Shown: positions 8,029 to 16,151 of the stretch, in pieces
How positions within the stretch are numbered: the first letter of the stretch is position 1
How the letters are laid out: each line of letters opens with the position of its first letter
Assembly: GCA_021650915.1 (NCBI GenBank)
Contig: CP091279.1
Coordinates: 480,001-512,000, forward strand
DNA: 32,000 nt
Source: Candidatus Brocadia sp.
GTDB lineage: Bacteria; Planctomycetota; Brocadiia; Brocadiales; Brocadiaceae
Reading direction: 5' to 3'
The notes under the pieces: generated by a model
The model's input: only the letters and a program-made list of their open reading frames with translations
What the model was told of the DNA's origin: nothing
The model's database searches: none
Made by a program: the position numbers and the translations under genes

Positions 8029-9117
8029 ATGAGCTTACAAAGATTGATTTTTTTTGTTTTGAGCGCCTTGTTTTTCATCGCTACTTCGATGTGGCTTAAA
8101 GATGAGTTTAAGCCTGGATGGATTGAACATCAGAAGAAGTATTATGAAGAGCAAACGGTAAAAGTTGAAAAGGAGTTTTCGGCGGCGACTGTTGCAAAGG
8201 AAAAAGAGCTGTTAGGCAAGCGTCTGGCATCCCTGAAGAGACCGAAATACGAGATTAAGCAGATACTTCTGAAGGGAGATTACAGCTGGAGTAAACAGCA
8301 AAATGGAGATAAAGTTGACCGATGTATGACTTGTCACATAGATGAGGATAAATTAAAGGCCGCACATCCAAACGTAAAGGATTTTCCGTTTGATATTTAC
8401 GGGTGTACCGTCTGCCATGGTGGTATTGGAAGGGCACTGAGTGAAGAAGTTGCACATGAGGGAATGCATTATCATAAGAGACAAATGGAACTGAGGATAA
8501 CATCGGCTGAAACGATGTTCGGTTTTTGGAGTGAATTGGCGACGCTGACACCTGAAGAAAGTGATCCAAGCCTACGGTTGGAAATGGGAGACTTTAAGAA
8601 GTATAGCATTACCGGCGATAAAGCGGTGTATGTTGGAAGTCAAAAATGTCTCAAATGTCATAAAGGTTTGACCTCTCCTCATGTTGAAAGATGGCAAAGG
8701 ATAAAGTTCAAGACGTTTGAACATGTAAAGAATGCCCCTGATTATATTGCCGGTAACGAGGAATACCGAAAGACCTGCCTGAAGTGCCACACGACAGGAT
8801 ATGACGAGGCAACAGGGAAATATTCTGAAGAGGGAGTTACCTGTGAGGCATGTCATGGGGCCGGAGAGGTGTTTAGCTATTTTATGGAGATCGGCAAGGC
8901 GCCTGAAGGGCAAAAAATAGCAAAAGTCGGAACGTTTGGAACACCTTACAATGTGTGTGGGCCTTGTCACCACACTCGGAATCATGAGATGCGTCTGAAG
9001 TTTTTTCAGGAAAGAGGCGGTTCAGATGAGTGGTTTTTCCCGCAACACACAACGCCATATAAGACAGGCTTTTCTAAAAACGACGAAGCTGCCGTGCCAT
9101 TACCAAAGATGCACTGA
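8029..9117 (+). CDS. Membrane-anchored hexaheme cytochrome c
   Basis: There are six CxxCH motifs: CMTCH, CTVCH, CLKCH, CLKCH, CEACH and CGPCH. The N-terminal TM helix is LIFFVLSALFFIATSMWL. Confidence 0.9.
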   Translation: MSLQRLIFFVLSALFFIATSMWLKDEFKPGWIEHQKKYYEEQTVKVEKEFSAATVAKEKELLGKRLASLKRPKYEIKQILLKGDYSWSKQQNGDKVDRCMTCHIDEDKLKAAHPNVKDFPFDIYGCTVCHGGIGRALSEEVAHEGMHYHKRQMELRITSAETMFGFWSELATLTPEESDPSLRLEMGDFKKYSITGDKAVYVGSQKCLKCHKGLTSPHVERWQRIKFKTFEHVKNAPDYIAGNEEYRKTCLKCHTTGYDEATGKYSEEGVTCEACHGAGEVFSYFMEIGKAPEGQKIAKVGTFGTPYNVCGPCHHTRNHEMRLKFFQERGGSDEWFFPQHTTPYKTGFSKNDEAAVPLPKMH

Positions 9118-9187
9118 AGTTGATTGTTGTTATCTGCAAAATTTATAGTTTCTAAAAACGCTGGTTTTGAGGGGAGGAGGCTTAATT

Positions 9188-10933
9188 ATGAAGTTGTTGA
9201 AATTGGGCGCGATTTTATTCGCAGCCCCTTTAATGTGGAGTTTGCAGGCTGGCAAACTACAAGCACAGTCTGAAACTGAGTTAAAAGAAATGCAAAAGAA
9301 GGCTACCAGCTATTATGACATCTTGTATCCCAATGATACCTTGAAGGATTGGTTTACCAACAATGTCGGGCTGGAAAAGGGTGCTGGGCCTTGGCAAAAT
9401 CTCTACAAGCCAGTTCCGTTACAAATGTATTGGTTCCCTGTCCGCCACTACGTCAAACCCGATGGGACGTATTATGATCAGTTGCTTGAAAAATATAAAC
9501 CATCTGATTGTGTGAAATGCCATGAAGAAGTAACACCGGGGTTTGTTCATGATTGGAGAGATTCTACCCACGCAAATCCTAAAAAAAATCCCCGTTTTGC
9601 TGAGAAAACTCAGCAAATTGAAAAGTTAATCGGTCGGGAACTTAAAGAAGTTACCTGTAGTGATTGCCATGGCAAGGATCATAAAGAACTGCATATGCCA
9701 ACCCCCGCAACCTGTGGTGAGTGTCATCCTCAGCAAACAACTGAATTTATGAGCGAGGCAGAACGCGGTCGTCCAAATCATATTGAAGGCTTAGCGGCAA
9801 ATGTAATACCACCCTGGTATCCAGAAATGTTCCGCAGGGGATATCCAGCCGCTCAGTTTGGGTGCGATCTTTGTCATGCCACAGATCGTTGTAATATTTG
9901 CCACACAAGGCATAAGTTTGCAGCCTCAGAAGGAAGAAGACCTGAGGCCTGCATGAGTTGTCACATGGGTTTTGATCACCCGGATGCAGAGACCTATGGT
10001 GAATCCAAAATGGGATACATTTATCATTTAGAAGGAGAACACTGGGATTGGGAAAAACCATTGGCAGAAATTGTACCCGGCAAGGACTACAGAACGCCAA
10101 CCTGTCAGTTCTGTCACATGGATCAAGGAAATGGGAAGTTTGCTCATAACCCTGTTACAAAAGGTGTCTGGAGAATGGGAACGGTGCCGCCTAAGGGAAT
10201 AGATTACAAATCTTCATTAAAGGATTATCCGCACGGCATAAATTTACCACCTTTAAATTACAGTCTTGATATCTATTCTCCTGAAAATAAAAGGAGGTCG
10301 GAACAATGGGTATCCGTTTGTAGCAAGTGTCACAGTCCCAGGTTTGCCAGACTATATCGTGAAAACTTGAATGATTTCATGTTTGAAATGTGGAGATTAC
10401 AGGATCGGGCGCAGGCCATTTTGGACGATATTGTAGCAAATGATGCCTTTGAAGTACCTATAAGACAAAGGGATATCTTCCCGCTCGGTGATATATTAGC
10501 TGATGCGCTTGGCCCTGGACTATTAGGGGATGCGGTATATAACGCATTTAAGACCAAGGCGGGCAAGGTTCCTGTTATTGGTCCAATTCTCGGATTGCAT
10601 GGTTTGTTTGCAACAGGAAGGAATAATCCTTCAGAGATCGAAATTACCTATGCCGATATGTGGTTTGGTGACAAGGCGCATGCCTATAAAGGTGTTGCTC
10701 ATGGGCAGCAGGATATTGCCTGGTGGTATGGTGCCGCAAAAGTATATCAGAAGATTAATATCCTGGAAAGTCAGGCGATAGCGTTGAAGAGGGGAAAGAA
10801 AGTTGATGAGTTTATGGCAGCAAAGGGAAGAAAGAATGTTGCCGGTATCGTTGGAAGTATTGTTGGTATCGTAGCGGTACTTATGTTTGGTGCTGCTTTA
10901 TGGAAAAAGAGACGTGAGACGCAAAATTCATAA
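9188..10933 (+). CDS. Octaheme hydroxylamine-oxidoreductase-like (HAO family) protein with C-terminal membrane anchor
   Basis: There are eight CxxCH motifs: CVKCH, CSDCH, CGECH, CDLCH, CNICH, CMSCH, CQFCH and CSKCH. The signal peptide is MKLLKLGAILFAAPLMWSLQA. The C-terminal TM helix is VAGIVGSIVGIVAVLMFGAALW followed by KKRR. The ATG at 9188 follows a GAGGGGAGGAGG RBS, while the listed 9167 start is TTG. Confidence 0.9.
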   Translation: MKLLKLGAILFAAPLMWSLQAGKLQAQSETELKEMQKKATSYYDILYPNDTLKDWFTNNVGLEKGAGPWQNLYKPVPLQMYWFPVRHYVKPDGTYYDQLLEKYKPSDCVKCHEEVTPGFVHDWRDSTHANPKKNPRFAEKTQQIEKLIGRELKEVTCSDCHGKDHKELHMPTPATCGECHPQQTTEFMSEAERGRPNHIEGLAANVIPPWYPEMFRRGYPAAQFGCDLCHATDRCNICHTRHKFAASEGRRPEACMSCHMGFDHPDAETYGESKMGYIYHLEGEHWDWEKPLAEIVPGKDYRTPTCQFCHMDQGNGKFAHNPVTKGVWRMGTVPPKGIDYKSSLKDYPHGINLPPLNYSLDIYSPENKRRSEQWVSVCSKCHSPRFARLYRENLNDFMFEMWRLQDRAQAILDDIVANDAFEVPIRQRDIFPLGDILADALGPGLLGDAVYNAFKTKAGKVPVIGPILGLHGLFATGRNNPSEIEITYADMWFGDKAHAYKGVAHGQQDIAWWYGAAKVYQKINILESQAIALKRGKKVDEFMAAKGRKNVAGIVGSIVGIVAVLMFGAALWKKRRETQNS

Positions 10934-10961
10934 TGGCTCTTTATTCTAAAAGTCAAAAAAC

Positions 10962-10998
10962 AAAAAAGGCATCTTATTTGAGATGCCTTTTTTGTTTG
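10962..10998 (+). terminator. Rho-independent terminator of the Rieske/cyt b-HAO operon
   Basis: A perfect 13-bp stem pairs AAAAAAGGCATCT (10962-10974) with AGATGCCTTTTTT (10981-10993). The loop is 6 nt and the 3' arm ends in a T6 run. Confidence 0.85.
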
Positions 10999-11033
10999 TA
11001 ATATAGAGGATTTCTGAATACCGGAGATAATGA

Positions 11034-11960
11034 ATGTTGAGATTCATAAAAGAACATACGTTAAACTCATTACAATTTGGTGCATTTCCTTCTGATTATC
11101 AGGACGATGATGAAGCATATGAAAGTTCCAGGGTTGTGATCCTGGGTGTCCCGTTTGATGGAACCGCTACCTATCAATCAGGAACAAAATTAGGTCCCAA
11201 CGCAATTCTGAATGCCTCTGTTAATGTTGAGCCATATGATGAAGAGCTGGAAGAAATTTATCCGATAGGAATTTTTACCATTGGGACGCTCAATATAGAA
11301 GAAATACACACGGATGTGAAAAAAGTCGTTGATACTCTGTATCGTGTTAGTAAAGGTATTGTAAAGGATAATAAATTTTTGGTGACTTTGGGCGGGGAAC
11401 ATTCAATATCACAGGGAATAATTAGGGCTTATAAAGAAAAATACCGAAAATTGTCTGTGCTTCAATTGGATGCACATCTTGACCTGATGGACCAATTTGG
11501 CGGCACCCAGTTTAGTCATGCAAGCGTGTCACGACGAGTAGTTGATGATTTGAAATGTAAAGTAACCAGTTTTGGTGTCAGAGTAGTATCCAAGGAAGAG
11601 TTATCGTTTGCCCGGAAAAGAAAAGATGCCATCTCCGTATTCTATGCAAAAGACATTCATGATAATGATGACTGGCACGACCAGGCTTTAGAGACGTTAG
11701 AGGATCATGTATATATTACCTTGGATGTTGATGGTTTTGATACGTCTATCATGCCAGCCACCGGTACTCCTGTGCCAGGTGGTCTAAGTTGGTATAGAAC
11801 GATTGATTTTCTGCGTAAAGTCTATAAAAACAAGAAAGTCGTTGGTTTCGATGTTGTTGAGCTAAAACCAAATCCGGGAAATGAGGCCCCAAATTTTCTT
11901 GCAGTAAATCTGGTGTATAAAAATATCGGGTTTTATAAGAAATATACGCTTTGTCTCTAG
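11034..11960 (+). CDS. speB: Agmatinase / ureohydrolase family protein
   Basis: Mn-binding ureohydrolase motifs are present: GGEHSIS, LDAHLDL and ITLDVDGFD...GTPVPGGLS. Confidence 0.8.
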   Translation: MLRFIKEHTLNSLQFGAFPSDYQDDDEAYESSRVVILGVPFDGTATYQSGTKLGPNAILNASVNVEPYDEELEEIYPIGIFTIGTLNIEEIHTDVKKVVDTLYRVSKGIVKDNKFLVTLGGEHSISQGIIRAYKEKYRKLSVLQLDAHLDLMDQFGGTQFSHASVSRRVVDDLKCKVTSFGVRVVSKEELSFARKRKDAISVFYAKDIHDNDDWHDQALETLEDHVYITLDVDGFDTSIMPATGTPVPGGLSWYRTIDFLRKVYKNKKVVGFDVVELKPNPGNEAPNFLAVNLVYKNIGFYKKYTLCL

Positions 11961-12030
11961 ATAAAGAGAGAATTACGCTGTTTTAGGTTTAGGAAAGCAA
12001 GGTTTGTCTTACTTGATAAAGGATATTTTG

Positions 12031-12756
12031 ATGTTTATGCAGTACAGAAATATACAATCTATAACATGGGTATTATGCCTGACGTTTTGTGTTGTAGCCG
12101 GGTGTGGTAATAAGGCAAGCCATCATAACAATGAAGGGATTGTGCTTTATAACAAGGGAAAATACACGGAGGCAATTGGAGAATTCAAAAAAGCTCTGGA
12201 ATTGAATCCAAATCTTTATGATGCCCATTATCACTTGGGAATTGCATATTATGCAAAGGGTATGATTGACGAATCAGTTACGGCACTAAAAAATGCAATT
12301 GAGGTAAGTCCAAATGAACCGAAAGCGCATTATAACATCGCCTTCGCATATGTAGCCAAAGAGGATGTTGCAAAAGCATTGGTGGAATATCAAAAGGCAA
12401 TCGAGCTGTTCGCAGCACGAAAAGATAAAAAAGAGGCAGATGCATACCTTTACTTGGCGGTTGCCTACAGTTTGATTGAAAGACATGATGAAGCGATAGC
12501 TGCGTGTCAAAAGGCAATAGAAATTAATCCTGAAATGGAAGATGCCCATTATCTTTTGGGAGTTTGTTACTATAAAAAAGAGATGATTGAGGCAGCTATT
12601 GCAAAGTTTAAAAAAGTTGTTCAGTTGAATCCAAAATCAGAAAAGGCGCATAACCTCTTGTTCACTATTTACGATAAACTGGGGAAAACGGAAGATGCTG
12701 TTGAAGAGGACCGCATATTGAAACAAATTGAAAGGGAACGGCGCGAGCAACGTTAG
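12031..12756 (+). CDS. TPR-repeat lipoprotein
   Basis: The signal peptide carries the lipobox VVAGC. It is followed by about six TPR units (repeated AxxxxxKAIELNP / AHYxLGxxY patterns). The track lists a TTG start at 12004, but the ATG at 12031 gives a canonical signal peptide. Confidence 0.8.
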   Translation: MFMQYRNIQSITWVLCLTFCVVAGCGNKASHHNNEGIVLYNKGKYTEAIGEFKKALELNPNLYDAHYHLGIAYYAKGMIDESVTALKNAIEVSPNEPKAHYNIAFAYVAKEDVAKALVEYQKAIELFAARKDKKEADAYLYLAVAYSLIERHDEAIAACQKAIEINPEMEDAHYLLGVCYYKKEMIEAAIAKFKKVVQLNPKSEKAHNLLFTIYDKLGKTEDAVEEDRILKQIERERREQR

Positions 12757-14477
12757 ACATGAGTATTCATATCAGAATTGTAAAATCGATAGGTGTTTTT
12801 GCCTTGTTCTTTTGATAAATACATTGCAACATCCGCATTTTTGATAAGCGAGCTTATGTCGTTGGTATCGAGTGGATAAAGACTTATACCAATACTGACC
12901 GTGGTGTAGATCTCGTGACTTTCCAGAAAGAAGGGCTTTGATAGGGCGTCAAGGATTTTATTTGCGACAATCGCCGCATTTAATGGATAAGTAATTTCCG
13001 GAAGTATAATGAGGAATTCATCTCCTCCGGTGCGGGCAATCGTATCACTTTCACGCACGCATTTTTTTAGTTGTTCGACAACGGCTAAAAGCAGTAAATC
13101 TCCTGTGTAATGTCCTAATGAGTCATTAATAGTTTTAAAATTATCCAGATCAATAGCCATGAGGGCCATAATGGTTCCCATACGCTTTGCATGGACTATG
13201 GCTACTTGGAGACGGTCTTGAAATAAATTCCGGTTTGGTAAATTCGTAAGGGGGTCGTGGTAAGCCATATGGGTTATGAGCGCCTCAGCCTTCTTGTGCG
13301 AAATTGCATTTCCTGTGATCTCTGCCATAATGCGCAACCGTGCGATGTCTTCTTCGCGCCACGGACCAGTTGTAACGACATTATCAAATCCGATAAATCC
13401 TACCAGTTCATTTTCCGCATATATTGGTAAAATCAAGAATGCTTTAATGCCCTCTTTCTCAAATTCTTCTTTTTCAGCGGCAGCTTCCTGAGGCATTTGA
13501 GAAACATCGGCAATATGGATTATATTACCTGCGTGCAAGTTCTCCATCAGCCAGGGACGCATGGCAGCGGGTATGTTATGACGATGATAAATTTCAGGAA
13601 TAACCCCTTCATTGCACCATTCATGGGTATTATCCATAATACTACCGTTATCATAAAACTGAAAGAGGTAGGTTCTGCTGGCATTGCTCAACTGACCAGC
13701 ATCAGTCAGTGCTTTGAAGACTGCCTTGTTAAAGTCAGAAGTAATAAGGAATTTTGTGGATATACTGGCAACAGTTTTTTCGAAGTCGATTCTCCGCTTG
13801 AGAGCATTCTCAGTCTGCTTGTGCTCAGCGATCTTTAACTGCAATCTCCTGTTGGCCTGTATGAGTGCTGAGGTACGCCTTTTGATTTTCAGTTCTAAGT
13901 CTTTATACTTCTGATGTAAAACATTTTCCGCTTGTCTTCTCGTGATGAATAGTCCAATAAAGCGACCAGTGGAAGCTAACAGCATGAGGATGTCGTTGTT
14001 AAATGGTTGTGATGTATAGCTTAGAAATACGAAGACGCCCATTACATTATCTTCATGTATTGCAGGGATACCCAAAGCTCCTTGAAAGCCCTCTTGCGTA
14101 GCGACTTTTGTATGATAGAAATGAGTGTTATGGACGATATCCTGGATCCAGACAGGTTTTTTAGCAGTATAAACAATTCCTGGCAATCCAACACCCGGTG
14201 AAAAAACAATTTGACTGGTTATTTTTTTATATTCAGGAATATTTACTGATGGTTTATACCAGACTTCCTCATTGCGTAACACGTTGTTCTTATTATCAAC
14301 TATCCAGTATTCACCAAGCGCTAATTCCAGATTTTCACAGATAGTTTGAAGAATTTTTAAAACAACCTTATCAGGTGTGGTTAACTCAGCCAGTATGCGC
14401 ATTATGACATGCAATTCACGACATCGCTCAGACAGATTACTCGTTGCCGGGTTATGTTCTGTGTTGAATAAATTCAT
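12753..14477 (-). CDS. GAF-GAF-coiled coil-GGDEF diguanylate cyclase
   Basis: The C-terminal GGDEF domain has an intact active site (RTGGDEFLIIL). An RxxD I-site (RESD) lies 5 residues upstream. Two GAF-like regions are separated by a coiled coil (LELKIKRRTSALIQANRRLQLKIAEHKQTE). Confidence 0.85.
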   Translation of the reverse strand: MNLFNTEHNPATSNLSERCRELHVIMRILAELTTPDKVVLKILQTICENLELALGEYWIVDNKNNVLRNEEVWYKPSVNIPEYKKITSQIVFSPGVGLPGIVYTAKKPVWIQDIVHNTHFYHTKVATQEGFQGALGIPAIHEDNVMGVFVFLSYTSQPFNNDILMLLASTGRFIGLFITRRQAENVLHQKYKDLELKIKRRTSALIQANRRLQLKIAEHKQTENALKRRIDFEKTVASISTKFLITSDFNKAVFKALTDAGQLSNASRTYLFQFYDNGSIMDNTHEWCNEGVIPEIYHRHNIPAAMRPWLMENLHAGNIIHIADVSQMPQEAAAEKEEFEKEGIKAFLILPIYAENELVGFIGFDNVVTTGPWREEDIARLRIMAEITGNAISHKKAEALITHMAYHDPLTNLPNRNLFQDRLQVAIVHAKRMGTIMALMAIDLDNFKTINDSLGHYTGDLLLLAVVEQLKKCVRESDTIARTGGDEFLIILPEITYPLNAAIVANKILDALSKPFFLESHEIYTTVSIGISLYPLDTNDISSLIKNADVAMYLSKEQGKNTYRFYNSDMNTHV

Positions 14478-14944
14478 GATTCACTTTTCAACATAGCAGT
14501 TCTGTTTCCTGAATAATACGCTATTTCGTGGAGAATACGGATCTGAAATTAACAACCATGAGTGCAATGCGCGGGTATTTTATGTGCTGTCTTAGTATAT
14601 GTTTGTCAATAGCAATACTCATATATCGACATAAATTAAAATAAATTTATGCGAATCTCTCTGTTGCATAGAGGATGCTTTTTACCAATTGGGAGTAAAT
14701 GCATTTCTGCTGTTTATCGCAAATGCTTAGCTGGTAGGGAGGAGGCGAATCGCGGAATATGTCAATGGAAATTAGACACTTTGAAAAATAATTTAGACTC
14801 TAATCACAGAGTAAATTCCGTTTTTGGTTTATTAATCCAAGCAGCCACAGGCGCACTTGGTGGTTTAGGGGGAATTTCTTTGAGCGTTCAGGGTGATTTT
14901 CAAAGGCGGTTTTTAAGACAAGACTTCGTTCTTTCACAATTTGA

Positions 14945-14963
14945 GGTTCTTCTCCCAATTAGT
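14945..14963. repeat. ISL3 terminal inverted repeat (transposase-distal end)
   Basis: It matches the reverse complement of 19955-19973 at 19/19 positions. The transposase stop codon (14959-14961) lies inside it. Confidence 0.9.
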
Positions 14964-16132
14964 TTGCAAAAGCTTGTATAATTTTTAATGAAAAGTACCG
15001 TTCGTCATGAAATCCATAAGCTTTTCTTTTGATAACTTTGATCTTATTATTAACCCCTTCGAGTTTACTGGTATGAATTTTATAATCACAGTGATTCAAG
15101 ATTCCGTAGCGGTATTTTGTAAGCATATTTGCAAACGTATTCACGACAGAATAGTTGAGCGTTTTCGCTAAGAGGCTCCATTCATCAATGGCTTTTCTCG
15201 CCCACGTCCGTGAGGTATAGGTCCAAATATGTTTGAGCTTATCTTTAAGAATCAGAACGGTATTTATGGTTTCATTAAGCGACAAGAGCTGTTTGAGATG
15301 TTCTCGATGTTTTTTCCTGCGAATATTTCGTTTGTTTTTTAACAAAAGATATTTTGAACTCTTTTTGGTATTCAGCATTTCGCACCTTGTCAATAACTTT
15401 ACCAAAACTTGAAACCACATGAAACAGGTCAAAGACTATCTTAACATGAGGCACGTGCTTTTTTACTGCATGAATATAAGGATCCCACATATCCATGGCA
15501 ATGGCCTCAAGCGCCTGCCTTTGTTCCTCTGTCATACCCGCAAAGAAGGTTCCCAGCGTTTCTTTTGTTCTTTCCTTTCCCACCCAGACTACGCGGCCAC
15601 TCAGATAGTCCAGAACAACAGTCAAATAGCGCTGTCCCTTCTTAACAGAGATTTCGTCTACTGCCAGTATGCGAAGATTCTGATAATCTGTCTGCGCGTA
15701 TTGTCGTTCCAGAAAAAACTTGTCGATGGTTTTTACGGTTTTCCAGTTAATTCCAAAATGTTTTGCAACTTCGGTTACGGTTAACACTTTACACAATTCG
15801 TGAATATACGCTGCTAAACGATGCGTAACACGACTGTAGGGTTGAAAAAACCCCAAGCCTTCAACTACAATTCGATTGCACGGCTCACAGGCAATCTTAC
15901 GATACGAACAATGTATCCATACGCGAACTGAACCAGGATTCAGATCCCGCAAAGATCGTTTGTCATGACGGTAAATGCGCTGTGCTTTGCTGCCACACGC
16001 ATGACATATTGGACGAAATCGTTCATCGGGCACGGCAGTAAGCTGAGATATCTCAGCATCAGGAAAAACAGTTTGCTTCGTAATTCTTACCCGCTGAAAA
16101 GGAAAATATGGTAATATACTTAATGGGGACAT
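14959..16132 (-). pseudogene. ISL3-family transposase, frameshifted (two overlapping ORFs, 15275-16132 and 14959-15432)
   Basis: The N-terminal zinc-finger region is CHACGSK...CEPCN. The DDE region includes ILAVDEISVKKGQRYLTVV and AMDMWDPYI. The C-terminal part (YLLLKNKRN...LEGVNNKIKVIKRKAYGFHD) continues in the +1 frame. The switch maps to the T5 run at 15362-15366 (A5 on the coding strand), and removing one base restores ...AEYQKSSKYLLLKN. Confidence 0.85.
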
Positions 16133-16145
16133 TGCTGGTCTCCTG

Positions 16146-16151
16146 TAAATA
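16146..16151. repeat. TAAATA direct repeat, copy 1 (left flank of tandem IS)
   Basis: The identical hexamer also lies at 18002-18007 and 19855-19860. Each copy directly abuts an IS end. Confidence 0.85.

Noticed and set aside
14686-14703. CCAATTGGGAGTAAATGC, which resembles the ISL3 inverted repeat CTAATTGGGAGAAGAACC
   Set aside because: Only about 13 of 18 positions match, and the core AATTGGGAG is short. No partner end or transposase remnant lies nearby. This is not enough to call a solo IR.
14649-14981. A 110-aa plus-strand ORF in the region upstream of the GGDEF gene
   Set aside because: It has no recognisable motifs and odd composition. Its 3' end reads straight through the ISL3 terminal inverted repeat, so the ORF exists only because of the insertion. 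It is most likely spurious.
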